Part shown: positions 17,231-25,862 of the stretch, one piece after another
How positions within the stretch are numbered: position 1 is the stretch's first letter
How the letters are laid out: the number at the start of each line of letters is the position of its first letter
Assembly (NCBI GenBank): GCA_001794055.1
Contig: MGJB01000002.1
Coordinates: 1-46,933 of the forward strand
Direction of reading: 5' to 3'
From: Candidatus Yanofskybacteria bacterium RIFCSPHIGHO2_01_FULL_41_26
Lineage (GTDB): Bacteria > Patescibacteriota > Minisyncoccia > 2-02-FULL-40-12 > GWA2-44-9
Length of the DNA: 46,933 bases
Position numbers and translations under genes: made by a program
The notes under the pieces: generated by a model
The model's input: the letters and a program-made list of their open reading frames with translations, nothing else
Told to the model about the DNA's origin: nothing
Database searches by the model: none

Positions 17231-19354
17231 ATGGACATAAAAACTTATAAAGAAGAGTTTGCCGGGAAGCCATTAATGGTTGAATTTGGTCGTCTTGGTG
17301 GACAAGCCAATGGTTCTTGCCGGATTCAGTATGGCGAAACGACGGTGCTTGTTAACGCCACTATGTCGGCTCACCAGAAACAGGTTGACTATATGCCCCT
17401 CTCGGTTGATTACGAAGAAAAATATTATGCCGCTGGAAAGATAAAAGGTTCGAAATGGATAAAACGCGAAACCCGTCCTTCGGACGAGGCCATTTTGACC
17501 GGTCGAGTAATTGACCGTTCAATTCGCCCTCGTTTTAATCACAACATCAGAAATGAAATTCAGGTTGTTGCAACCGTGCTTTCTTTCGACGGAGTTAACG
17601 ACCCTGACATGCCTGCACTTTTTGGCGCTTCGCTGGCACTTATGACTTCGGATATTCCTTTTGACGGACCCATTGCCGGGGTAAGGGTCGGCAGGATTGG
17701 AGGCAAGCTTGTTTTCAACCCAACTTATAAGGAAAGAACTGAAAGCGATTTTGACATTATTGTTGCGGGAACAGCCAATAAAATAAACATGATAGAAGCT
17801 GGTGCCAAAATAGTTCCTGAGAAAGATGTAACCGAAGCTATCGCTGCTGGCTTTAAAGAATTTCAGAGTTTAATTAAATTGCAGAATAAAATTGCTAAAG
17901 AGTTTGCTTCCAAGAAAAAAGAACTATCGGTGTTTACTCACGACGAGGCATTGGTATTGGCGGTTAGAAATTTTGCTGATACAAAATTAGAGAAAGCTCT
18001 TTATGCTCCCGGTAAGAATAAAACTGAATTTTACGAAGGATTGGGTCAGATCAAAGACGACTTGATGATTTATATCAAAGAACAGTATAAAGAGTATCCT
18101 GAATTAAGTAAAAAAATTGACGAGGCTGGATCTGTCTATGAAGAAGAAATAGACCGTATCGTCCACAGAAATATTATTGATCCGCCGGCTGGCGGAGAAA
18201 AAAGACCCGATGGCAGAAAGACCGATGAATTAAGACCGTTGAACGCCGAGGTCGGCATTCTTCCCCATTCCCACGGAACAGGACTATTTAATCGCGGCAC
18301 CACTCAAGCGCTTTCTATTTTGACTTTAGCAGCTCCTGGACTTGAACAGTGGATAGAGACGATGGAAATAGATCTTACCAAAAAGCGTTTTATGCACCAT
18401 TATGTTTTTCCTCCTTTCAGTGTCGGAGAAGTCGGCCGAATGGGCGGAGGCGGCCGCCGTGAAATTGGCCATGGAGCTTTGGCTGAAAGATCGCTTGAAC
18501 CAATTATTCCCGCTAAGGACAAATTCCCATACACCATTCGTGTTGTTTCAGAAATCCTCTCTTCAAACGGATCATCGTCTATGGCTTCGGTCTGTGGTTC
18601 TACTTTGGCTTTGATGGATGGCGGAGTTCCTATCAAATCCTCCGCTGCTGGCATTGCTATGGGTTTGATGTTGGACGAGAAGGGTGAGAAGTATAAAATT
18701 CTTACCGATATTCAAGGTCCAGAAGACCATCACGGCGACATGGATTTGAAAGTTGCCGGAACCAAAGATGGCGTAACTGGAATGCAAATGGATGTAAAAG
18801 TTGAGGGAATTACTGTTGAGATAGTTGAAAAAACGTTGATTCAGGCCAAAAAAGCTCGCTTGGAAATCTTAGCGGCTATGGAAAAGGCAATCAGCACTCC
18901 TCGGCCGGAATTATCTCCGCATGCTCCCCGAGTAGAAACGATTAAAATTAATCCTGCCAAGATCGGAGCTCTTATCGGTCCGGGAGGCAAGATAATAAAT
19001 GAAATTATTGAAAAAACCGGGGCTGAAATTGATATTGAAGATGACGGCTCGGTGTTTGTGACTTCTCTAACTCCTGAAGGGATGAAAAAGGCGTTGGCCC
19101 TGATTCAAGAAGTTACATATGAACCACAACCTGGAGACGAATTTGATGGTACGGTGGTAAGCATCAGAGATTTCGGGGCTTTCGTAGAAATAATACCTGG
19201 TAAAGACGGGATGGTCCACATATCAGAAATCAGTACACAAAGAGTAAATAAAGTGACTGATGTTCTGAAAATGGGCCAGAAGGTTCATGTTTGGGTCAAG
19301 GCCGTTGACGATATGGGGAAGATAAGTTTGACGATGAAGCCCCCTAGAAGATAA
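17231..19354 (+). CDS. pnp: Polyribonucleotide nucleotidyltransferase
   Basis: Two RNase PH domains (RVIDRSIRP, RPDGR, RREIGHG, SNGSSSMASVC, DHHGDMDLKVAGT) plus KH and S1 domains. Start moved to ATG 17231. Confidence 0.98.
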   Translation: MDIKTYKEEFAGKPLMVEFGRLGGQANGSCRIQYGETTVLVNATMSAHQKQVDYMPLSVDYEEKYYAAGKIKGSKWIKRETRPSDEAILTGRVIDRSIRPRFNHNIRNEIQVVATVLSFDGVNDPDMPALFGASLALMTSDIPFDGPIAGVRVGRIGGKLVFNPTYKERTESDFDIIVAGTANKINMIEAGAKIVPEKDVTEAIAAGFKEFQSLIKLQNKIAKEFASKKKELSVFTHDEALVLAVRNFADTKLEKALYAPGKNKTEFYEGLGQIKDDLMIYIKEQYKEYPELSKKIDEAGSVYEEEIDRIVHRNIIDPPAGGEKRPDGRKTDELRPLNAEVGILPHSHGTGLFNRGTTQALSILTLAAPGLEQWIETMEIDLTKKRFMHHYVFPPFSVGEVGRMGGGGRREIGHGALAERSLEPIIPAKDKFPYTIRVVSEILSSNGSSSMASVCGSTLALMDGGVPIKSSAAGIAMGLMLDEKGEKYKILTDIQGPEDHHGDMDLKVAGTKDGVTGMQMDVKVEGITVEIVEKTLIQAKKARLEILAAMEKAISTPRPELSPHAPRVETIKINPAKIGALIGPGGKIINEIIEKTGAEIDIEDDGSVFVTSLTPEGMKKALALIQEVTYEPQPGDEFDGTVVSIRDFGAFVEIIPGKDGMVHISEISTQRVNKVTDVLKMGQKVHVWVKAVDDMGKISLTMKPPRR

Positions 19355-19578
19355 CGCTCCGCCCCCTCCCCATTTTCGACCTATTGCTTGCGCCTTCGGT
19401 CTCCTACAGAGATTCGAAAGGCGGCCAAAGCACGCTTCTCCGAGATCGGACAAATGCTCAAATTAGATCTCAATTTGCTTAATAAATCTTAGCATCCGTT
19501 TCTCCTTCGACAAGCTCAGGATTTTCTGGCTAAGATTTATTATCTAAGAAAATTATCAACTAATTTGAGCATTGCGTT
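19355..19578. repeat. Structured dispersed repeat, family B, copy 1
   Basis: Long hairpin core 19449-19578 aligns with 24058-24184. Starts right after the pnp stop codon. Confidence 0.85.
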
Positions 19579-19837
19579 ATTTTGGGCAATGGTGGCCATG
19601 ATTGGATTTTTGCCCTGTGTGTTGTTTGGTGGTCAGTTGTAGCTTCGATACAGAAAGGTCTAGTGGTCGTCACCTGACGAACTGCTGGCTCCCCTGTCTC
19701 GGGGCTTTTATTTTTAAATGTTTACAACTTATTTCCTGATTGTGTTAAAATAAAATAGTTAAAAGTTTATCGAGTTCATCATGTTTATAAAGTTAACTTT
19801 AAGAACTTTATAACTTTACGAACTTTCAACTATCTCT

Positions 19838-21214
19838 ATGGCAGACGATAATAACACTACAAAAAATATGGATATAAATGATTTGGTCAGGGAATTAAGC
19901 AAGAGTCCTACAAGTCCAGTGCCCCCTTCGCCTTCTCCTGCGCCTCAAGCGCCGAGGCCGGCTTTTCCTTCTCCTCCTCCTCCGATTACTCCTTTCCAAC
20001 CAAAACCATCGGAAATGCCTCGACCCCAGTTTAATGCTCCTCCTCGACAGTTTGACAAACCCATGCCTACCGACAAACAGGCAATTCAGCCAAAACCAGC
20101 TCCAACAGCCCCAACTCCAACCATGCCTACTCCTGCTGTCCCCCTTCCGACTCCAGGGGTCAAAGAATATCAGTCATCCATAAGAACGATGAATGAAGAT
20201 ATTTCCAGACTTAAACAAGGCCAAAAACCGACGGGAATCGACGTTCCAAGAAAGGTTGAACAGGTTGTTCCTGCTCCGGTGACACCTTCTCCAACTAAAC
20301 CAGTGATACCGAGTCCACAATTAAAAGTTCCAAGCGTAAATCTTGGTGAAACACAAAAAACCGGGCCCATAGCTCAATCAAAAGATGTTTCTAAGCCGCC
20401 CGCAATTCCGAAAGTAGAGCCGAAACCTCAAATTTATATTCCTCAAGAAGGCCAAAAAGGCGGCAACAGAAATATGCTTTTTATCGGAATTGGCGCCGCG
20501 GCCATAGTGGCGGGATTTTCGTATTGGTTCTTTGTTTTAAGATTGCCGGCCTCTGATTTTATAGTTGAATTACCCACTCCTGTTCCGACAGCTATGACAA
20601 CTCCGACTCCTGTTTTGAGCGATATTTTTGCAAATTTAGAAAACCAAACGGTCTGTACCTCTGAATGCACTCCAAGTTCTTTTTTTGAAGATATTAATGA
20701 GCAACCGATTAGCGGAGGGCAATTCAAGTTTCTTTATTTTAGTGAAAACAACACATTGCGAACGATTGCTCAGTTGTTTGATGATTTCAAATTGGTTTAC
20801 CCGGGTAGCCTGAAAGGCTTATTAGGAGAAGATCGTGGAATATTTGTTTATGGTCAGAAGGAAATATTTGACCAAAAAGGCCTGATTAGAACCGATTCCA
20901 TAGTTGAAAAACGCTTGGTACTTATTAATGAAGCAACAGACTCCATCGCAGTTTCTCAACTGTTGAAAGAATGGGAAACAGATATGCCGAATAATTTAAG
21001 AGAAATATTTTTACTTGAATTAAAGAGGCAGACGAGCCAAGCTTTTTCTGATAATTTTTATCGAGGGGTCAGTATAAGATATCAAAATTTTGCATATTCA
21101 GACAAAAGCATAGATTATGCGGTTGTCGCTGCTCCTAATGGCAAATCATATTTGGTTATAGCCGGTTCAAGAGAAGCTATGTACGCAACAATAGATAAAC
21201 TCCTAGGCTTTTAA
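19838..21214 (+). CDS. Membrane protein with a Pro-rich N-terminus, one TM helix and a C-terminal domain
   Basis: 458-aa ORF, P-rich low-complexity first 200 aa, TM segment MLFIGIGAAAIVAGFSYWFFV. Confidence 0.85.
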   Translation: MADDNNTTKNMDINDLVRELSKSPTSPVPPSPSPAPQAPRPAFPSPPPPITPFQPKPSEMPRPQFNAPPRQFDKPMPTDKQAIQPKPAPTAPTPTMPTPAVPLPTPGVKEYQSSIRTMNEDISRLKQGQKPTGIDVPRKVEQVVPAPVTPSPTKPVIPSPQLKVPSVNLGETQKTGPIAQSKDVSKPPAIPKVEPKPQIYIPQEGQKGGNRNMLFIGIGAAAIVAGFSYWFFVLRLPASDFIVELPTPVPTAMTTPTPVLSDIFANLENQTVCTSECTPSSFFEDINEQPISGGQFKFLYFSENNTLRTIAQLFDDFKLVYPGSLKGLLGEDRGIFVYGQKEIFDQKGLIRTDSIVEKRLVLINEATDSIAVSQLLKEWETDMPNNLREIFLLELKRQTSQAFSDNFYRGVSIRYQNFAYSDKSIDYAVVAAPNGKSYLVIAGSREAMYATIDKLLGF

Positions 21215-21217
21215 TGG

Positions 21218-21417
21218 GGTGACACATTGTGTATAACCTGTTGTCACTATCAAGCAATGTCACCAATAACCACTTGTCCAAGCAAGTGGTTATTGAATCA
21301 TTTTACTTATTTAAAGCCAATTTTTCATGGTGACATGGTGACATTATCACCATGTCACCATGGTGTCACCTTATCCACAGTTTTGCTATTGCAATGTCAC
21401 CATCGACTTTATATAAT
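21218..21417. promoter_or_regulatory. Regulatory locus: two DnaA boxes, nine TGTCACC-type motifs, sigma70 promoter
   Basis: TGTGTATAA 21228-21236, TTATCCACA 21371-21379, repeated GGTGACA/TGTCACC, TTGCAA-17-TATAAT 21389-21417. Confidence 0.65.
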
Positions 21418-21423
21418 TAGTTT

Positions 21424-21539
21424 AGATCTTTGGCTGGTGGTCTGACACACAAGTGGATCATTGGCATTTTTCCTCGCAAGAGGACAGGAGGCGCAGAGCT
21501 CACACTACATATTTTTTAGGAGCGTTCTGCGCCTTTTTT
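21424..21539 (+). ncRNA. Candidate small RNA or attenuated leader
   Basis: Lies between a near-consensus promoter and the terminator-like AGGCGCAGAGCTC...GAGCGTTCTGCGCCTTTTTT. Internal TCCTC-GCAA-GAGGA GNRA hairpin. Confidence 0.45.
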
Positions 21540-21550
21540 GATTTTTTGTT

Positions 21551-21686
21551 TAATTCTGAATAGGTGACACAACCTCTATGCATGACTGCGGGGTGCACTT
21601 TTTTAAAATATTACTAATTTTAAAAAAGCACACACCCTCCGCCGGTTGCATAGTTGTCAGATGACAACTGGCCATAGAGGTTCAAA
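21551..21686. repeat. Family A repeat, full copy
   Basis: AACCTCTATG/CATAGAGGTT closing stem; CCCTCCGCCGGTTG at 21635-21648. Confidence 0.85.
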
Positions 21687-21893
21687 CTTTCACTGATTTT
21701 GGCTCAAAGGGCCGGTTTTATTTTGCAAAAGTTGTCTCAGGTAGAGTTTAGATTCTAGTTGAGGTCAGACACCTCAAGAGCTTACCACTTTCTCGCTCGG
21801 TCGCTCACAAGGCCGGTTTGACTTGACAAAAAGATTGAAAGTATTATAGTTATGTAACTTTCGTGCCAAGAGCAAGAGGGTGGGAGGTAGGAA

Positions 21894-22103
21894 ATGAGAG
21901 TCGAGTTCGTGCCGATTGTTGGATTCCTCGTAAGTTTTCATCGCGCGATAAAAATGCAGTCACTACAAAGAAACAGCGTCATTTCAGTATGGGATGGCAG
22001 TGATTATGTTTTTGGTCCGTTTACAATTTCTGCAATCATTTCTTACGGTTTTCTTCAGTTAATTATTGTGATTCTTGCTTTGTGTAAATCATTTTTAGCA
22101 TAA
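21894..22103 (+). CDS. Small membrane protein (stand-alone unit)
   Basis: TTGACA..TATAGT promoter, GGGAGG SD, hydrophobic C-terminus, GCCC/GGGC+T terminator. Confidence 0.65.
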   Translation: MRVEFVPIVGFLVSFHRAIKMQSLQRNSVISVWDGSDYVFGPFTISAIISYGFLQLIIVILALCKSFLA

Positions 22104-22183
22104 CAATCAAGTTTATTTGCCCCATCTCGCTTTGGGGCTTTTTGTTTTTAGATAAGCCGTTGATCTTACTTTATCAATGGAAG

Positions 22184-22300
22184 TTTGAATCTTTGTTGCC
22201 AATCGTCACCTGTTTACCCAAACAACCGGCGGAGGGAGAGGCTTTTTACAAAATTAGTAAATTTTAAAAGCGAAACCCTAATCCATTAGAGGGACTTATG
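22184..22300. repeat. Family A repeat, inverted copy
   Basis: TTTGAATCTT..CAACCGGCGGAGGG..GCTTTTTACAAAATTAGTAAATTTTAAAAG matches the reverse complement of 21590-21686. Confidence 0.8.
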
Positions 22301-22376
22301 GAGTTCGGCAGAACGAGTACGAGGCAAAATTTTAGCAAGAGTTTATGCCGTGCCCGAGAATGGGTTAGGGTTGAGC
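22269..22376. repeat. Family B termini (inverted) around an unrelated core
   Basis: Reverse complement GCTCAACCCTAACCCATT...AATGGATTAGGGTTTCGCT matches the ends of 24000-24228. Confidence 0.6.
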
Positions 22377-22449
22377 TTTGCTTTTTAAAACAGAATAGTT
22401 ATTATATTAAACATCATACTAACTATCGCAGGAGGGGCGATGCGCTTTT

Positions 22450-23994
22450 TTGTCCATACGGCTTTTTTCTTCAGCAATCAACGGTATAGATGCCCAGCTC
22501 ATAGAGGTAGAAGTTGACTCAACTCCCGGTATTCATGCTTTTAATATTGTTGGTCTTCCTGACAAGGCAGTCCAAGAATCTAAGGATAGGATTGCCTCGG
22601 CTATCAAAAACAGCTCTTTAGCCGCCCCCAACTCAAAACACAGGAAAATTATCATAAATTTGGCTCCAGCCGACCTCAAAAAAGAAGGACCTTCTTATGA
22701 TTTACCCATTGCCGTCGGTTATCTGATGGAAACTAAGCAAGTCCAGTTCGATTCTTCTCAAAAATTGTTTATCGGGGAGCTTTCTTTAGACGGTTCCCTA
22801 AAGCACACCAATGGCATCTTGGCCACGGCGATTTTGGCGAAAAAGCTGGGTTTTAAAGAGCTGGTAGTCCCCTATTCTAATCTTGCTGAAGCTCAAATAG
22901 TTCAAGGCCTAAATGTTGTCGGAGCCAAGAATGTAAAGGAAGTGTTTGATCATCTTAATAATACACGACCCCTATCTGCCAAATATCTCAAAACTTCTAA
23001 TTTGTCGGAAGAAAAAGATGAGGACTTGCTAATGTCTATAAAAGGCCAAGAAACAGCAAAAAGAGCTTTGATTGTTGCAGCGGCCGGAGCTCATAACATT
23101 CTGATGTCGGGCCCCCCAGGTTCTGGCAAGACACTTTTGGCTAAGGCATTAGCCGAACTGTTACCTAAAATGTCTTTTGAAGAAGCGATTGAAGTGGCTA
23201 AGATATATAGTTCGGTCGGACTCATTAAGAACTCTCCCCTGTCTTTCAAACGGCCATTTAGAAGTCCGCATCACACAACATCTGCTCCGGCAATGGTTGG
23301 CGGAGGTACTTGGCCAAAACCGGGAGAAATAAGTTTAGCCCATCGAGGTGTTTTATTTCTGGACGAGCTTCCTGAATTTCCAAGAAATGTTTTGGAAAGT
23401 TTGCGACAACCACTGGAAGAAGGCACTATCTCTGTTTCTAGGGCCTCAAGCTCGGTTATTTTACCGGCTAACTTCACTTTAGTAGCGGCAATGAATGCCT
23501 GTCCTTGTGGTAATTTTGGTGAAGAGAAGGGGGTCTGTTACTGCTCCCCTATTCAGGTTTTAAATTACAGAAAGAAAGTGTCCGGGCCGTTGCTGGATAG
23601 AATAGATATTCAAATAAACGTTCCGCGCGAAACAATTGGCTCTGTCGATTCGCCCCTAAGCAAGGCTTCGGGGATAAAAGTAGGCGAAATAAAGGGTCAA
23701 ATAAATAAAGCCAAGGAGGTTCAGTTGGCCAGATTCAAGAATACCGGCCTTTTGGCCAATTCCGAGATTGATTACAAAAATATAGATAAATATTGTGTTT
23801 TGGATTCAGGAGCAGAAAATCTGCTTAAACAAGCCATTAATTTTAAAAATCAGTCATTAAGGGCGTATCACAAAACCAAGAAATTGGCCCGCACCATTGC
23901 CGATTTAGACGGTTCGGAGTCAATCAAAGAGCAACATGTGGCTGAAGCGGTAAATCTTCGCATGAATGAGAAGATGTTGAACGAGTTGGCATAG
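22450..23994 (+). CDS. comM: YifB/ComM Mg-chelatase-like AAA+ ATPase
   Basis: IVGLPDKAVQES, NLAPADLKKEGPSYDLPIA, GPPGSGKT, PGEISLAHRGVLFLDELPEF, SGPLLDRID, ARTIADL. Confidence 0.95.
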   Translation: MSIRLFSSAINGIDAQLIEVEVDSTPGIHAFNIVGLPDKAVQESKDRIASAIKNSSLAAPNSKHRKIIINLAPADLKKEGPSYDLPIAVGYLMETKQVQFDSSQKLFIGELSLDGSLKHTNGILATAILAKKLGFKELVVPYSNLAEAQIVQGLNVVGAKNVKEVFDHLNNTRPLSAKYLKTSNLSEEKDEDLLMSIKGQETAKRALIVAAAGAHNILMSGPPGSGKTLLAKALAELLPKMSFEEAIEVAKIYSSVGLIKNSPLSFKRPFRSPHHTTSAPAMVGGGTWPKPGEISLAHRGVLFLDELPEFPRNVLESLRQPLEEGTISVSRASSSVILPANFTLVAAMNACPCGNFGEEKGVCYCSPIQVLNYRKKVSGPLLDRIDIQINVPRETIGSVDSPLSKASGIKVGEIKGQINKAKEVQLARFKNTGLLANSEIDYKNIDKYCVLDSGAENLLKQAINFKNQSLRAYHKTKKLARTIADLDGSESIKEQHVAEAVNLRMNEKMLNELA

Positions 23995-23999
23995 GTATC

Positions 24000-24228
24000 G
24001 CTCAACCCCACCCCCCCATTTACTGGCCTGTTGGTTACGTCCTCCGGATCTTCGTCAGACAAATACTAAAATTAACCTTCAATTTGCTTAATAAATTTCA
24101 GCAACCGTTCCTCCGCCTGCTGGCGGATTTTCCGGCTAAAATTTATTGTATAAGCAAATTATCGGTTAATTTTAGTATTGTGTTGCCTGGCGAAACCAAA
24201 CGGCCTCAAATGGGGATGGGGTTTCGCT
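24000..24228. repeat. Family B repeat, copy 2 (complete long hairpin)
   Basis: Nested inverted repeats from AACCCCA..CCATTT/AAATGG..TGGGGTT up to the apical TCCGCCTGCTGGCGGA. Confidence 0.85.
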
Positions 24229-24334
24229 CAAAGCCAATAAATCGGCTCAAAAGGCCGGTTTTTTGGCCTTGCAATTTTATTTAAGTTGTGGTATAATTAG
24301 TTTATTCTGAAGAAGTACTGAACAGGAGGACGAG

Positions 24335-24505
24335 ATGGATTTCTGGCAAGTTCACGGAATTTGGTTCCTTATCTTCATCATGATGTTCCCACGGTTGACG
24401 ATGTTGTTCGCCGTGACGGTGCCGTTCGGCTGGCTCGCTTGGCTGGGCTGGGTATTCACCCCCTCCCTCCGTACGCGTAGAGGTTGCGGGGTGCTATTGA
24501 AATAA
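24335..24505 (+). pseudogene. Small Trp/Phe-rich membrane protein, probably 3'-truncated
   Basis: TTGCAA-17-TATAAT and AGGAGG SD precede MDFWQVHGIWFLIFIMMFPRLTMLF...WLGWVFTPSL. The frame then reads into a family A end fragment. Confidence 0.6.
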
Positions 24506-24508
24506 AGT
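24471..24508. repeat. Family A terminal fragment
   Basis: GTAGAGGTTGCGGGGTGCTATTGAAATAA compared with ATAGAGGTTGTGTGAACTATTGAAATAA (reverse complement of 1062-1089) and CAGGGGTTGTGGGGTGTTATTGAAATAA (43036-43063). Confidence 0.7.
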
Positions 24509-24566
24509 GCTGGGCGGAACGAAAGTTCCGCGCGGAACTTTTAAAAACCACCGATTTCGGTGGTTT

Positions 24567-25700
24567 TTAGTATTTAAGGAGGGGATTTCTTGCTCCGTGG
24601 ACTTCAAAGTGAAGGTGGCAGCCCGTAGAGCGGCCTGTTGAGCCCATGATGCCTATTAATTGGCCCTTGGCGACGGTTTGTCCGGAGAGAATGACTATTT
24701 TGCTTAGATGGGCGTAGAGAGTTTCTGTGGCGTTAGGATGGTTTAATTTAATGAATTTACCAAATCCGCCGTTATATCCAACAGCATCAGCTGTTATTGT
24801 GTTGCCGTCGGCTGCTGCATAAATAGGGGTTCCGCAAGAATTGGCCAAGTCAGCACCGTTTCTTCCGTGGAGTCCTTGGCTTATTCTTCCTTGAGTCGGG
24901 ATCATAAAATAGTCGCCCAAGTTAGGAAGGTATGAAAACCTCTTAGCAATTGCCGACTGTGCTCCTGGTTTTGTTATAATAAGAGACTTTATCTGTCCAT
25001 CCGGAACAATCAATTCCTCATTTATTTCCAAAGGCTGGCCTTCCTTGAGGTCATTGAATGCTAATATTTTGTCTGAAGGAATCCCATACTTCTTAGCGAT
25101 TGAAGTCACTGTTTCACCATTTTTAACTTTGTGAATAACTCCGGAAACTGGAGGAATTCTCAAGACTTGGTCAGGTTTTATGCTGTTTGCATTTGCTAAA
25201 TTATTAGCCCAGATAATAGAATCAACACTTACACCATAGTCGGAAGCAACAAAAGACAACAAATCTCCGGTCTGGACCGTGTATTCGACTATCTGATTGC
25301 GTTTAAATCCAATTTCTATATAGTCGGTTATGGTTGGGTTGCTGGCTATTACAGAGTTTTCTTGGATTGTTGAGGGGTCAAGATTATTGGATTCTTCCCC
25401 TCCTTGGCCAAGATTTTGGCTACTTAAGGCGGTTAAACTATTAATGTAAGCTAATTGATTTTGGGATTGAGTGATATTAATTATTGATGCTGAAGTTTCC
25501 TCTATGTAATTTCTAATAAGATTACTAAACAGGTTTGTTTGTCCTTCGCTGGATGCTCCTTTAAATATCAAGACCAAAAAAACAAGTGTTAATGTTCCAT
25601 AAAAATTGAATAAACGGCTTGTTGTAAAGCTTTTAAATTTAGGCCAAAATGACCCTTCCCTTCCGAATTTTATCGAAAGAGTTTTTAAGTTTTGGAGCAA
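24567..25700 (-). CDS. LysM-LysM-M23 cell-wall peptidase
   Basis: TM helix; YTVQTGD..IIWANNL and HKVKNGETVTSIAKKY LysM repeats; YAHL, GSTGRSTGCHLHFEV. Confidence 0.92.
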   Translation of the reverse strand: MLQNLKTLSIKFGREGSFWPKFKSFTTSRLFNFYGTLTLVFLVLIFKGASSEGQTNLFSNLIRNYIEETSASIINITQSQNQLAYINSLTALSSQNLGQGGEESNNLDPSTIQENSVIASNPTITDYIEIGFKRNQIVEYTVQTGDLLSFVASDYGVSVDSIIWANNLANANSIKPDQVLRIPPVSGVIHKVKNGETVTSIAKKYGIPSDKILAFNDLKEGQPLEINEELIVPDGQIKSLIITKPGAQSAIAKRFSYLPNLGDYFMIPTQGRISQGLHGRNGADLANSCGTPIYAAADGNTITADAVGYNGGFGKFIKLNHPNATETLYAHLSKIVILSGQTVAKGQLIGIMGSTGRSTGCHLHFEVHGARNPLLKY

Positions 25701-25862
25701 CTTACTAATAGTTTTTTAATTAGTTAAACTCGGCTCATTTACACGTTTTTGGCCAAATAAAGCAAAAATCCTCTTGCGAGAATTTCCTATTGAGTTTATC
25801 ACTTTTTGAGTCAAAAAGTCAATTTGGTTGTCAACACAATAATTCGGTGGTATTTTTCTTGG

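Noticed and set aside
19580-19710. Possible 3' remnant of a small membrane gene plus terminator after the family B copy
   Set aside because: Needs an assumed frameshift and has no start or recognisable homology.
21227-21445. 72-aa ORF
   Set aside because: A translation of the TGTCACC array and promoter, giving repetitive CHH/VTLS peptides with no SD.
21502-21517. NrdR-box-like ACACTACATATTTTT
   Set aside because: Right half is mismatched, it is a single copy, and no nrd genes are nearby.
1062-22300. Family A repeats as canonical integron attC sites or CRISPR repeats
   Set aside because: They show only an AAC/GTT-like core without the RYYYAAC/GTTRRRY boxes, are dispersed in both orientations rather than arrayed, have no spacers or cas genes, and the recombinase lacks an obvious IntI-specific insertion.
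24084-24284. Short ORFs over hairpin elements (also 19223-19453, 22298-22489, 46084-46278)
   Set aside because: They coincide with palindromic repeats and show no coding features.
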